DNA of 64,000 bases, taken from NCBI GenBank assembly GCA_964618805.1, contig CAZUBM010000001.1, positions 127,910 through 191,909 of the forward strand, in the 5' to 3' direction. Under the pieces are notes generated by a model. The model was not told where the DNA came from. It saw nothing but the letters and a program-made list of their open reading frames with translations, and did no database searches. The first letter of the stretch is position 1. Every line of letters starts with the position of its first letter. The DNA is from an uncultured Nitrososphaerota archaeon. GTDB taxonomy: Archaea > Korarchaeota > Korarchaeia > Korarchaeales > Korarchaeaceae. A program made the position numbers and the translations under genes. This document shows positions 20,049 through 30,793 of this stretch, one piece after another.

Positions 20049-20975
20049 CTAACTGGATCCTTTTTCGCGAGAACAAATTTTCCTAAGGAATCTTACATAT
20101 GCTTCCATCCTATTGATAATGAGGATCGCTTTAGATGGTTTAACAACCCCTTGCTCTGTTATAATTGCTGTTATTAGTTCGGGAGGAACCAGGTCAAAAC
20201 CCCTCTCAATTTCAGGCTTTTCTCCAAGATAGCTAAGGACGTTAAACTTAGCAGTTTCACAAAGGACATAAAACGGTAAATTGAGCCTTTTAGAGGCCTG
20301 AGCTAGCTTGTACGTTGGAGTTCCATTGATGAGGGATCCATCAAACAGAATGCTGTCAGCACCAACAAAGACCTTCTTCACTCTCTTTGCATAAACGTTA
20401 ATTGCGCTATCTGGAAAGACTTCTACTCGGATCCCATGACCTTCTAGCTTCTTTGCCATAAGTTGACCGTATGATCTGCCGGAGACATTTGATTCCGCAA
20501 CCATTAGGCTGAAGTCCTTTCCATCTCTTTTAGCTGCTTTGAATGTTTCACACAGGGTTGAGCTATAGCTGCAGGTCATAATCACGTCAAAATCCTCAAT
20601 TAAGCTAGCCCCATGCTTGGAAACTTTTCTAACGGCAAGTTCAGAGTTAAGAAGCAACTCCTCGATTTTTGAAGTGGCAACCTCCTTTAGAGAAGCTATA
20701 TCTTCCCTTTCTCTTCCACTTTCCTCCCACCATTTGTTAATTTCATAAACAGCTCTAGCAATCAAATTCTGGATTGGTGACATGTTGGGCCTGGCCATAA
20801 AGAGCCTCCTACTGATCTCATTTATGCCTTCTAAAAAGACCTCAACCCTTTCCTCCTTGCTTACTTCTACAGCAAACTTGAGCACTAGCAGTGCTTCCCT
20901 AGCAAGTTCGCTTGCTCCTCTCCATCTATCAAGCCTTATTTGCTCTATTTTCTCAAGAATTTCTTTGTCTATCAT
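20049..20975 (-). CDS. eIF-2B alpha/beta/delta family protein (ribose-1,5-bisphosphate isomerase-like)
   Basis: GASELA, ARPNM, TCSYSST, VAES, VGADSI..DG.LING, ETAKF, FDLVPPELITAIITEQG. Confidence 0.88.
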   Translation of the reverse strand: MIDKEILEKIEQIRLDRWRGASELAREALLVLKFAVEVSKEERVEVFLEGINEISRRLFMARPNMSPIQNLIARAVYEINKWWEESGREREDIASLKEVATSKIEELLLNSELAVRKVSKHGASLIEDFDVIMTCSYSSTLCETFKAAKRDGKDFSLMVAESNVSGRSYGQLMAKKLEGHGIRVEVFPDSAINVYAKRVKKVFVGADSILFDGSLINGTPTYKLAQASKRLNLPFYVLCETAKFNVLSYLGEKPEIERGFDLVPPELITAIITEQGVVKPSKAILIINRMEAYVRFLRKICSREKGSS

Positions 20976-21273
20976 GGTTCGACATCATAAATTAATGGGA
21001 AACTAAAAGCATTCAATTTAAGCCATATATCATCCCCTTCTTCTCAAACGACCATTAAGAACCCCTTCCTCTTGAATCTCGATGCAAATTCCTTGGCTAT
21101 GGTTAAAGCTCTTGAAACCTCACCTGACGTGAAGTCATTGAACTTCATGGTCTGAATATCCAATTTAGACTCTAAATAAAATGAGTGTGAGGATCTGAAA
21201 AATCTTAGGTATTTCAACGTGCTGAGTTTAAATTTCCCTACGGTATTGTTATCAAGGGATTTTCCTGCGTATA

Positions 21274-21495
21274 TTGCCTGATGGGTGTCCAATCTGCAGG
21301 AGAAAGATGGAGAAGGGATATGTGGTAACCTCGGACCCATCAATTTATTGGAGCGAGAAGCCTGTAAGGTTTGCATTTTGGAAGGCAGAGGTCATTGTTG
21401 CTGGGCGTTTTAGGCTGCTTCCTGCAAATGCCGAAGCTTATAGGTGTAGGAATTGTAAGATAGTTTTGTTCAGTTACGGGAAGAAGGAATTTTGA
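21274..21495 (+). CDS. small Zn-ribbon protein (PF20097/DUF6487-like)
   Basis: CPICRRKMEKGYV ... AEAYRCRNCKIVLFSY. Confidence 0.75.
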   Translation: MPDGCPICRRKMEKGYVVTSDPSIYWSEKPVRFAFWKAEVIVAGRFRLLPANAEAYRCRNCKIVLFSYGKKEF

Positions 21496-21536
21496 GCCTT
21501 GTAAGCACATTTGGTGAATCATGCTTGAATCAGCTC

Positions 21537-22313
21537 TCATGGATGGCTGGGTTTTGATCGCAACACACGGTACCAGTAGGTGTAGATTGTCTTGAATCCA
21601 AGAGATCTGTAAAGTGCGAGTGCTGGCTTGTTTTCTACTTGGACCTGTAAGAATGCTCTACGAGCTCCGAGGCTTTTTGCCCAGGAGCCAAGTGCTTGGC
21701 TTATAGCCGTTCCAACGCCTCTTCTACGAAATCGGGGGATTGTCCAGATTGCAAACAAACCCAACCAATCGTTCTCTAGCACACCAAGACCTACTCCTAC
21801 TACGTTATCACCAATTATTGCCCTAGCGAACCCCTTCTTGGCCCTAATTCGTTTCATGATACTGATTCTTAATCGAAGTTCTCGCTCTGAAAACCTGCCA
21901 CCAGCGTTATAAGCCTCTACCCATCCGGGTGTGAGCGCCTCATCAACTACAACATCTACTCTTGGGTTTATTGAGGAAAGGGCTTCGATGGGAGCAGTCA
22001 TGACGTATGTGTCCTTTTCCCTAGTAAAGCCAACCTTCTCCAAGGTTCTGTCTAGCTCAGGAGGCCTGCTTGCTTGAGTTAGCTTGAATATTGGGAGCAG
22101 CCTCCTCCGCTCGTAAAATCGTATCGCAACCCCAATGGCCTCACTCAACATAACCCTGCCCTTCCAATAAAGAGGAAGAACGCTGTTTGCTCTCCAAGTA
22201 ACACCTTCGTTTGCCCTCAGGATCCAACCATTGAGCTCTTCGCTTTCACGAGCAGGCCACATGTGGCTGGAAATAACCTCAAGGCTAGTCACGACCGAAG
22301 GGCAACCTCGCAA
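21537..22313 (-). CDS. GNAT acetyltransferase
   Basis: WPA...GW.LRA..G.T.RANSV N-domain. RFRRRGVG, FLQV..EN..ALALYRSLGF. Confidence 0.9.
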   Translation of the reverse strand: MRGCPSVVTSLEVISSHMWPARESEELNGWILRANEGVTWRANSVLPLYWKGRVMLSEAIGVAIRFYERRRLLPIFKLTQASRPPELDRTLEKVGFTREKDTYVMTAPIEALSSINPRVDVVVDEALTPGWVEAYNAGGRFSERELRLRISIMKRIRAKKGFARAIIGDNVVGVGLGVLENDWLGLFAIWTIPRFRRRGVGTAISQALGSWAKSLGARRAFLQVQVENKPALALYRSLGFKTIYTYWYRVLRSKPSHP

Positions 22314-22317
22314 TACT

Positions 22318-23064
22318 TCAAGCCCCCTTAAATAGGATCCTCCTGAGGTTATCTCCCAAGATCTTCCTCAGGACCTCCGGCTCTAAGCCAGCCAACTCTA
22401 TCCTCCTTAGTTCGATTTGTGCAACATCAATTGGGGAGTCTGACGCAAAGATGAGCCTATCTAGATCGAACTCCTCTGCAAATCCTAGCTTGAAGAACAG
22501 AGTTGGAAAGGGTCGCGTCAACAGGTAAAGGTTGTTGCGTTCCCGAGCAGCTCTAGGCGCTCTGATGCTCATTGAAGTGATGAAATTGACGCTCTCAAAC
22601 TTAGAGGCGAGGTCTGCCACGTACTCTGGTGGACAGAAGATGGAGTCACCAGAATGGACGTATACTGGACGGCCTAATTCCTCAGCTACCTTCACAACTG
22701 GTTCAACAACCTGGCTCCTCAGGAAGTATCCATCGTTGGTTGGATCCAGCTGAATACCAACGAAACCCTCAACATCTAAAGCATCCCTAGCCCTTTCCTC
22801 TTCCTTCTCAAGTTGTGGGTTGGCATGATAAAGGGGTATTAGCCTATTTGGATGCTTCTTTGCTGCTTCCATCACGAACTCGTTTGCATCTTCGTAGAAA
22901 GGACCTGGGGGCGGTGCAACGATAACTGATGCCTCAATTCCTAGCTTGTCCATCTCAGCAAGAAGATCATCAACCTTTTGCTCCATGAAAATCGACTTTC
23001 CTACGAACACATGACCATCTATGATCCTCATTTCCTTCCTGGCTGCTGCATTTGCTTCCTTCAT
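22318..23064 (-). CDS. amidohydrolase-family (amidohydro_2) protein with degenerate metal site
   Basis: IIDGHVF, QLDP, VHSG, FASDSP, ILGDNL. Paralogue of the adjacent gene. Confidence 0.8.
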   Translation of the reverse strand: MKEANAAARKEMRIIDGHVFVGKSIFMEQKVDDLLAEMDKLGIEASVIVAPPPGPFYEDANEFVMEAAKKHPNRLIPLYHANPQLEKEEERARDALDVEGFVGIQLDPTNDGYFLRSQVVEPVVKVAEELGRPVYVHSGDSIFCPPEYVADLASKFESVNFITSMSIRAPRAARERNNLYLLTRPFPTLFFKLGFAEEFDLDRLIFASDSPIDVAQIELRRIELAGLEPEVLRKILGDNLRRILFKGA

Positions 23065-23071
23065 TTTCTCA

Positions 23072-23833
23072 TCAACCCCCTTTAATTCCCAAGATACGGG
23101 CCATGTTTAGGCCCAAAATCAATTCCTTCTCTTTTTCAGAGATCTTACACAGTCTAACGCTCATTATTGAGATCTCTGGAATGCCAAATGGCATATCTGA
23201 CCCATAAACAACCCTATCAGCCCCTACCCGCTCGACTGCCCTCCTTATCTCCCTTGGGGTGTGGAAAGAAGTCTCCAGAATGACGTTGTCAAACCACCTT
23301 GCAACCAAGATGGCGTCTTCATACAGCCTCTTTCCCATGTGTCCTACAATGATTGTGACCTCCGGAAAGGTGTCAGCGAGGTCTCCAACTAACGTGGGCT
23401 GTGCAAAGCCGTACGTGTCCGGATCTCCTGTGTGAAAGAGTAAAGGTACCTTTAGCTTGCTTGTCAGCTCTGCTATCGGAAAGACAAGCTTCTCACTGTT
23501 AATTGGAAAAGCCTCGTTTCTGGGATGGAGTTTTATTCCTTTGAACCCCTTATGCTTGACGCCATCTTCAATACTTCTTAAAGCATGCTCTAAGAAGTGC
23601 GGGTTCACCCTTATGAACCCAAATATCCTATTTGGCGCTTTTTTCATAGCCTCTGAGATGAAAGCATTTGCCTCATCGTATTTTCTGTCTGCCCCAATTG
23701 AGGATAAGGGAGGTGTAGTGACAACAGCGTCAATACCATTTGCATCCATCACAGAAAGAAGTTCCTCCACGCTATTTGGAGGTAGACCTTTCTCAGGGCC
23801 TGCAAAATGGGTGTGCCCATCGATTATTACCAT
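23072..23833 (-). CDS. amidohydrolase-family (amidohydro_2) TIM-barrel metallohydrolase
   Basis: IIDGHTH, GIKLHP, FHTG, GHMG, YGSDMP, ILGLNMAR. Confidence 0.9.
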   Translation of the reverse strand: MVIIDGHTHFAGPEKGLPPNSVEELLSVMDANGIDAVVTTPPLSSIGADRKYDEANAFISEAMKKAPNRIFGFIRVNPHFLEHALRSIEDGVKHKGFKGIKLHPRNEAFPINSEKLVFPIAELTSKLKVPLLFHTGDPDTYGFAQPTLVGDLADTFPEVTIIVGHMGKRLYEDAILVARWFDNVILETSFHTPREIRRAVERVGADRVVYGSDMPFGIPEISIMSVRLCKISEKEKELILGLNMARILGIKGG

Positions 23834-23929
23834 AACAACCCTTAAACCTCAAATAAATGATTTATTTTAAATGACGTGGAACTAGGGTTCTTTTCAAGAA
23901 AACAGGTCTAACGAAGGTTTAATTCACCT

Positions 23930-24739
23930 ATGAAATATACAATCTATTGGTGCCTCTATATGCGGCATAACGAGATGGCATCCAAACGCAGATTGCCAAC
24001 AAGTTATAGAATAGTGATGTGCGACAAAAATAAAGCTCTAGACGCCTTCCCCAGGTTATTATCAGAGACTGGGTTTGAACCTGAGGAATATGACCTCGTC
24101 CTAATAAAGCCGAACTTATGCGGTATGTACTATCCTGAAACCTCACTTGTAGAGAAAACTATAGAGTTTTTTGAGCCTAGGGCTAGAAAGATCGTCATCG
24201 GAGAGACTAAAAGCATGATCCACACCCCAGAAAGGCAGTTTAAACGCTTCGGAATATATGACATGATTAAACGATTTGGTGAAAAGGTCATAGCCATGGA
24301 TCTCATGGAAGACGATATCCTGGATTTAGAAATCCCTTTTCCGCATGCAGTCAGCAAGCTACCGATACCAAAGCTAGTAAAAGAATGCGATCTTCTCATA
24401 AACATACCAGAAGTGGGAAAACACTCTGACACACTGCTTACATGCGCTTTGAAGAACCTTTTCGGTTTGCTGGCAGAGGGCAATAAGTACGGAGTCTATC
24501 ATCCGTTAGGGGTCGACAATGTAATTGCGGACTTGATGAAGGTAGTGAGATGTGACCTGAACATAGTTGACGCTGGGGAAAAGGTGATAGTTGGAGTTGA
24601 TCCCCTTCCAGTAGATGTATTGGCGTGTCGCTTCGTGGGCTTGAATCCGTTGAAAGTCAGGCACTTAAGGCTTATCTCTAAAGATAGAAATCTGAGACTT
24701 GAAGACGTTTTAAATCGATTGCAAATAATTGAATTGTAA
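23930..24739 (+). CDS. DUF362 domain protein (true start probably near 23975 or 24017)
   Basis: VLIKPN, IGET, INIP..GKH..T.LTCALKNLFG, DPLPVD, GLNP..V.HL. Confidence 0.85.
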   Translation: MKYTIYWCLYMRHNEMASKRRLPTSYRIVMCDKNKALDAFPRLLSETGFEPEEYDLVLIKPNLCGMYYPETSLVEKTIEFFEPRARKIVIGETKSMIHTPERQFKRFGIYDMIKRFGEKVIAMDLMEDDILDLEIPFPHAVSKLPIPKLVKECDLLINIPEVGKHSDTLLTCALKNLFGLLAEGNKYGVYHPLGVDNVIADLMKVVRCDLNIVDAGEKVIVGVDPLPVDVLACRFVGLNPLKVRHLRLISKDRNLRLEDVLNRLQIIEL

Positions 24740-24825
24740 CTTAACTCTGAAAGGCTGTCATCATATAAGACATAGAATAATAACTAGAATGGTCCTAGCC
24801 TTCAGGTTTGCGATTTAATATCAAG

Positions 24826-25840
24826 TTATCCATTACCTTTCTCTTTACGCTTCTTCTTTCCCTTCTCCCAGCCTTTTCCCCTCTTTTTACCTTTTCCCTT
24901 CCATCCTTCCTCATCTTCAGGTAGACCTTCACTTCCTTCAATCTGTTTCTCCTTGCCTCTTATTTTGTCCCAATGTTTCTCATGGGCAACTGCTTTTTTC
25001 ATCTCCCTTAAGATCTCCTTAATCTTCCTCACATCACCTTTAGCCTTAGCCTCGTTGAATTCCTTAGTGAGGTTTGTGATCTCTGACGCAACATCCTCCG
25101 GTATAGCACTAAGATTCATCCTCGAAAGAGTCCTATTGAGCATTTTCTCAGCTTTAGCTATCTGGCAGCACTTCACAATTTCCTTTCTCATCTCGGCTCT
25201 AATTCTATTAGCTTCTGCCAGCATCCTTGCAGCTTCGCTGGCATTATAGAAAGCAATGATGGAAGCGTTCTCCAGTATCATCGATGCGTTTTGGTAAAGC
25301 TGCTTGAATAAGCTTAGGTTTAGATTGGTCTCATTTAGGTACTTTATCTTCTGAATGCTAAGATTTAACTTATAGAGCAGCCTCTTGTGCCTTTCAAACG
25401 CTATCTGAAGCCTTCTTATGGATCCAACAGGAGTAGAGGTTAAGTTTGAGGAAATCTCGCATTTATGAACCTCTTTTAAGACAATTTTGAGCAGATTTAA
25501 TGCCTTTTTAGTTGTAAACGAGATCTGAGAGCAATTCGCTTCCCCTAGAGACGAGTTTGCCTTTAATGCCATGGAATAACTCAAGTTTAGAATGTCTCCA
25601 ATGCTCATGGTCTTGCTTAGGTTCATTTCTAAACCATGGATGCCGGGAACTGAAATGTTTTCCTCCAGGCTCAGATTAGACGATTCTACTTTGCTTAATA
25701 CGAAATCATAGGCTCTAAATTGATAACAACTCCTGTGCAATTTCACATTGGTTACTTGCTTCATCCTCAGCTACAGGATGTGAGATTGGAACGAGGAGTA
25801 GAACCATTGCAAAGGCCAAGGACACCTTCCTTGCATCCAT
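24826..25840 (-). pseudogene. exported alpha-helical protein with Lys/Gly-rich tail, frameshifted after the signal peptide
   Basis: ATG at 25840 reads MDARKVSLAFAMVLLLVPISHPVAEDEASNQCEIAQELLSI and shifts at about 25718 into RAYDFVLSKV... of the 24826..25764 ORF. Many NxS/T sequons. GKGKKRGKG tail. Confidence 0.7.
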
Positions 25841-25875
25841 CTTAGATCCTCATACATATCTTATGGATTCATCGC

Positions 25876-25892
25876 ATTTAAGGGAAGGTTCC
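25876..25892 (-). promoter_or_regulatory. GGAAnnnTTCC-like box fused to TATA element
   Basis: Minus strand GGAACCTTCCCTTAAAT, 35 nt upstream of ATG 25840. Confidence 0.5.
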
Positions 25893-26174
25893 GGGAGGAA
25901 ATGGGATGAAAATGGAAGAGATTGGGAGAAAATGCAAGGAAATGAGACCATTTGAAACACAAAGAAATCTTAGCATTAGTTAAGGGTATATTATATCTCT
26001 AGCTTCTTATCTTAAGAATGCTCTCTGTAAGCACGTGATTACATGGCTTCACAGGATGAGGAAAGAAATTATTAAGGCAAGATTTCTTCCTATTTGAAGG
26101 AAGATCTCATAAGAAGATCTGATGTTGTTAAGGGAGCTAATATCACTAATATTAGGTTAATATTGTATGTTCTC

Positions 26175-26876
26175 TCATTCTCGTTTTCTCTCTTCTATTC
26201 TCTCAATCCTCCCATCTCGCATGTAGACCACTCGATCGCTCACTCCAATCATCTTAAGGTCGTGAGTGGCAGCAATTATGGTTACACCACGCTTCCTGTT
26301 TAATTCTCGAAGGAGGTTTATGATCTCCCTTCCAGTTTTGAAGTCCAGATTTCCAGTAGGTTCATCTGCCAGTATGATGGCAGGATCGTTGACCATTGCC
26401 CTAGCAATAGCTACCCTTTGCTGCTGACCGGCTGAGAGCTCAGATGGTTTATGATCTAACCTGTCTCCTAAGCCAACCGACCTAAGGATAATCTCAGCCT
26501 TCCTCCTGCCTTCATCCCTTGGAAGCCCTGCAAAGATCGTAGGTAGTGCCACATTCTCTAGGGCTGTCAGGGTTGGTATTAGGTTAAACGTCTGGAAGAT
26601 ATACCCTATCTTCCTACAACGAAGCCAAGCTAGCTCATAGGCGTCAAGCTGGGATATATCAACATCATCTATGATGACCTTTCCTCTCGTTGGCCTGTCC
26701 AGGCCGCCTATCATGTTGAAGAGAGTTGTCTTTCCAACTCCAGAAGGACCTACGATCGAGAGGTACTCACCCCTGCGAACCTCAAGATCCACGCCATCTA
26801 GTGCCTTAATTATCTCTCCTCCTAGCTCATAATAGCGAGCCAAATCTATTGTTTTGATTATGATGTCAGATCTCAT
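26175..26876 (-). CDS. ABC transporter ATP-binding protein (LolD/MacB family)
   Basis: GPSGVGKT, LSAGQQQRVAIARA, ILADEPTGNLD, ATHD. Confidence 0.95.
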   Translation of the reverse strand: MRSDIIIKTIDLARYYELGGEIIKALDGVDLEVRRGEYLSIVGPSGVGKTTLFNMIGGLDRPTRGKVIIDDVDISQLDAYELAWLRCRKIGYIFQTFNLIPTLTALENVALPTIFAGLPRDEGRRKAEIILRSVGLGDRLDHKPSELSAGQQQRVAIARAMVNDPAIILADEPTGNLDFKTGREIINLLRELNRKRGVTIIAATHDLKMIGVSDRVVYMRDGRIERIEERKRE

Positions 26877-27474
26877 ATCTCAAAGCCTCCACGGGGTCCA
26901 ATTTTGCTGCTTTGTAGGCAGGATAAATCGTAGCAATCGCACTTAAGGTAATGGAGAGGAGGATAACCTTACCTAATAGGATGAGGAGAACGGTCATAGG
27001 AAGTTCAAGCACTACGTGAAAGCCCATTGATAAGCCGCAAGCTAAAATTGAAGCTACTATACCAATTCCAAAGCCAAAAGTTCCACCTAGGATTGCTAAA
27101 ATGATTGATTCCACGAGAAAGAGCTTTAGTACGTGCTGATCGAGGGCTCCTAGACATTTCATCGTCCCTATTTCCCTATATCTCTCGTATACGGCTATGA
27201 GCATTGAGTTTGTTATACTTATGGTGCATACGGCAAGTGAAACGAGGACAAGCCCATATTGATAGCCCTCAACCCCTAAGGCTCCTCCCCCAGCTTGAGC
27301 ATGAAGCTTAAAGAAGACGTCCATGAGAGAAAGCGTGGAGAAGAAGGCTATGCCCAGCATTATGGCTGCGATGCTTAGAACTGCTCTGTTGAAGCGCCTT
27401 TTCACATTATCATATCCTAGCCTTAAGGCATCTGCTAGGCTGAAGGTTATCCTCCCCTCTTCCTTTATACTCAT
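26866..27474 (-). CDS. FtsX-like ABC permease
   Basis: ERYREIGTMKCLGA, FLVES, YPAYKAAKLDPVEALRYE. Confidence 0.92.
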   Translation of the reverse strand: MSIKEEGRITFSLADALRLGYDNVKRRFNRAVLSIAAIMLGIAFFSTLSLMDVFFKLHAQAGGGALGVEGYQYGLVLVSLAVCTISITNSMLIAVYERYREIGTMKCLGALDQHVLKLFLVESIILAILGGTFGFGIGIVASILACGLSMGFHVVLELPMTVLLILLGKVILLSITLSAIATIYPAYKAAKLDPVEALRYEI

Positions 27475-27518
27475 CTAAACACCCTCCCATTTCAAATTCA
27501 AATGCACGAACAAATTGA

Positions 27519-30516
27519 TCATCTTCCTCCAAGTTTTCCTCTTTTAACGTTCCACTCGAGAATTATCTTACGAACGAAGGATCCAGTTTTTTGGGCTGCC
27601 TCAGGAAGCCCGTCGCTTATGAGCACAACGTCATATACTTCTCTATCATCCTCTTTTCTCAGAATAAGTTTGTTTCTAGTGTGAATTGGGCTCATCTGAC
27701 CTCCAGATGCATAGAAAAACTCTATGGTTCTGATGGATAAGCCCTTTCTGTCCTCTCTGCTTACCTTTATCACATAAGTATGCTCTTCATAATCGTCCAT
27801 GTGGGATCTAAGTGCATTCAAAACGAACTCCGTAAACTCTTCCACTTCATCCTCTGTAATCCAGATAGGCAGGGCCAGTTTAAAGGGTTCAGCAATCTTG
27901 TACGCGCGCGCATCTATCTTCCACCTCCTCTTAAGCGAGGGGGTGATGACTACGGATCCTTTCAGAGCTGTTAGGCCTCCCACAATAACAGCTGCTAGCG
28001 ACACAGCCATTGCAGCAAGGGTCCAGAGAGCCGAGACCTTCTGCCTAACTTGTAGGCCAACTTCCATAAGCGAGAGGGCTTTATACCATCCAAAACCAAG
28101 AACATAACCTATTCCTCCTCCTATGATCCCGATTATCCCGGCCTCAGCTAGAAATATGCTAGCTATTTGACTAGGATTGATCCCTACGGAAGAGTAGATC
28201 AAGATCTCCCTCTTCCTCTCATAAAGGGAGTTAAGCATTGTTATGATGACGTTAAGGACTACTATGAGCCAAGGAATTGCTATAGAAAGGCCTTTTCCTT
28301 CAAAATAAGAGGATAAACGAGCTAGGTAAACTCCTCCTTCGGTAGAAGCCCAAACCCTGAGGCCTTTGTTAAGAGCTATCATCTTGGCACGCTCAATTAG
28401 ATCACTTCCTTCCTCTAACAGGATATCTATTCGAGAGAGCTGTATCTCAGGGATCCTTGAAGCAATCTTCCACGTAGTTACAATGGTTTCGCTGGCTGAA
28501 CAAGGAGTCAAACCCTCCGTTATGATGTCAAAGCCCTCTTCCACAGGAGCCCTTCGGACTTCCACGATCTTCATTGGGAGAAGGGGCAACCCGTCTAGGT
28601 CTCTAATGTTCTCAAACTTTTGGTCTTCAAACACTCCGACAACCTTTAGTGTAAGCCTCTTCCCAGATATCTGGAAAGTTACTTTCTCTCCAACTGTTAA
28701 ATTCAATTTTTTCTTAAGTTTCTCACTAATCAGGATGCCGTCCTCATCCTCATCTTTCAAATATCTCCCTTCTACTATCGTCTCATTCAGGGACAGGATT
28801 TCTGCCTCTGCGCTAGGGACGATGCCAACCATACCAAATATGGGGTGCCCCTTCACATATCCTAAGGGATTGTATGATCCTCTGTAGTTGTACTGGCGGT
28901 GTGGTACGTTCTCATACTTCGGTGCCACGAGGCTTACATATGAGCGGGACTCAAACCACTCAACAGAGGAATTTCCGAGGGGTGAGAACCAGAATACTCC
29001 TTTTCCTCCGCTTACCCGGCGCATAAGCCTCCATCACTGGGGATTTTAGTGTCCTTACCATTATTCCCAAGGAGGATCCTGGGTACTTGGAGACCCTGCT
29101 AATGATTAGACCGTAGCCCGTTGTGAAGGATGTCAGGACTATGAAACTTGAAACAAGTATCGTAACAGAGATTAGGGTTAGGACTGATCTCAGCTTTCTC
29201 CTCCTAAGATTCCTCTTAGCTATGGAGAAGATGGGAACTACTATGTTCCTCAGAGGAACTCGACCCCTAAACTCCCTACCTTTTAAGAACTTTGGAAACA
29301 GAATGAAGAAGCCTAGAATCGAGATTAATGGGATAAAAGAAGCCCTGATGAACAAAGATGGAGCTATAATCTTGCTTCCTGGATATAGATAATATGTTAA
29401 CAGCAGGAATAACGAATAGAGGACCGCCGATGCGCAGATCTTAAGCTTTTTCCCTTCAAAGTATAGGAAAGAGACAGAAGTTGCTGTGAAAGCTAGGAAT
29501 GGGATCAGAAGAAATGCTGATCTTAAGGCTTTGATGTACATCCTGTTGAGCCAGTCTTGGAGGTTCGAGATTTCTGCATAGGCCTCACGAAGCCTTGCAA
29601 AGGACGATTCATAGGCCCCTTGATCAAAAAGATCCTCTGCCTCCAGGATCAGGGAATTTATGCGCGTCAATCTCTGCGTCTCAACTGCTACGTAAAACCC
29701 TTCCCTCTCCCTCTCCTTTATCATTAAGTCTACCTCAGATGCCCTTTCTTTAACCGCTGATAAGCTGTTGCGGACCGAGAATTTAGTCAGATCGATGTGA
29801 AAGGCCTCTCCTTTTTCAAGAATGAAGTGATTTTGCCTGTCTACGATGAAACTAAGTGTGAAAGTCTCTTTGCCTTGATACCACACAGCATGAATCTCTT
29901 TCGAAAACTCTACATTCGAATGCACCTTAATAATGAAGGGAATGCCTGCCGGGACTATTATGAGATCCGGACTTAGTCCTAAGTATTTATTTGGGAAGTT
30001 CGAGGGCTCTCCGAATCTGAGCTTGTATCCATCGAACTCCATAACCTTTCCTGACTCCGGGCTTATCACCGAAAACACAGGTTTCAAGGACTTCGTTGTC
30101 TCAACAAAGAGAACTTCCCCTTCTAAAAAGATTGAGGCCCCATCCCAAAGCTCAAAGGTGATGTTCAATTTTCCTCCAGGCTCTGTCTGGATCCTCTTCA
30201 TGGACGGTACATAATCAAATCCAGAAGTCAGAGGATCGTCGTAGTATACACAAATTGTGTAGTTGGAGCCAGCAGGGAGTTCTATATTGAAACTACCATT
30301 TAGATCCGTCTTTCCTTCAAAAACCTTTCGAGAATATGTTCCCCATGGTCCCATCAAGACTAAAACATTTGCGTTTGGAACGGGCTTTCCGGTCCTGACC
30401 TCCTTGACAAATCCTGTAATAGTTACGTTACCGTCGCCCAGCAAGGGAGAAAGCGGTAAGGTCAATGACAAGGCAAAGAACGCTGAGAGGAGAAGAAATG
30501 TCCTCTTTTCGGGCAT
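27519..30516 (-). pseudogene. large FtsX/MacB-type ABC permease with carboxypeptidase-regulatory-like N-domain, split by one frameshift
   Basis: 28960..30516 has a signal peptide, ITGFVKE..TGKPVPNA.V and RNLRRRKLRSVLT. 27519..29024 has ERKREI..YSSVG.NP. Removing one G (plus-strand CCC 29015-29017) joins EAYAP to VSGGKG. Confidence 0.8.
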
Positions 30517-30793
30517 TGGATGTCACTTATTCAATGCATGCAAAGCTAAATATAAATCAAAGGGAATAGCTAAGAGAAGATAGGCAAGAGAACAACCCGT
30601 ATCTTTCCATCCATAAAAATAGATGCAATTGCTTGAATTTTGAATGGAATCGAATTAGTTTGGAAAGATAAAGAACCCATTCATCGACTCCCTAGCTTCT
30701 AAACTTCTTTTAAAGGATTATTCTCTTTTTTCTCTAATATCTCCTCTATAAAGTTCGAATTAATGATTTTTCAAGGTTAAAGAGTTGGGATAA

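Noticed and set aside
21044-21376. 110-aa ORF whose C-terminal ~35 aa resemble a HEPN tail
   Set aside because: Overlaps the better-supported Zn-ribbon gene, and the similarity is too short to support.
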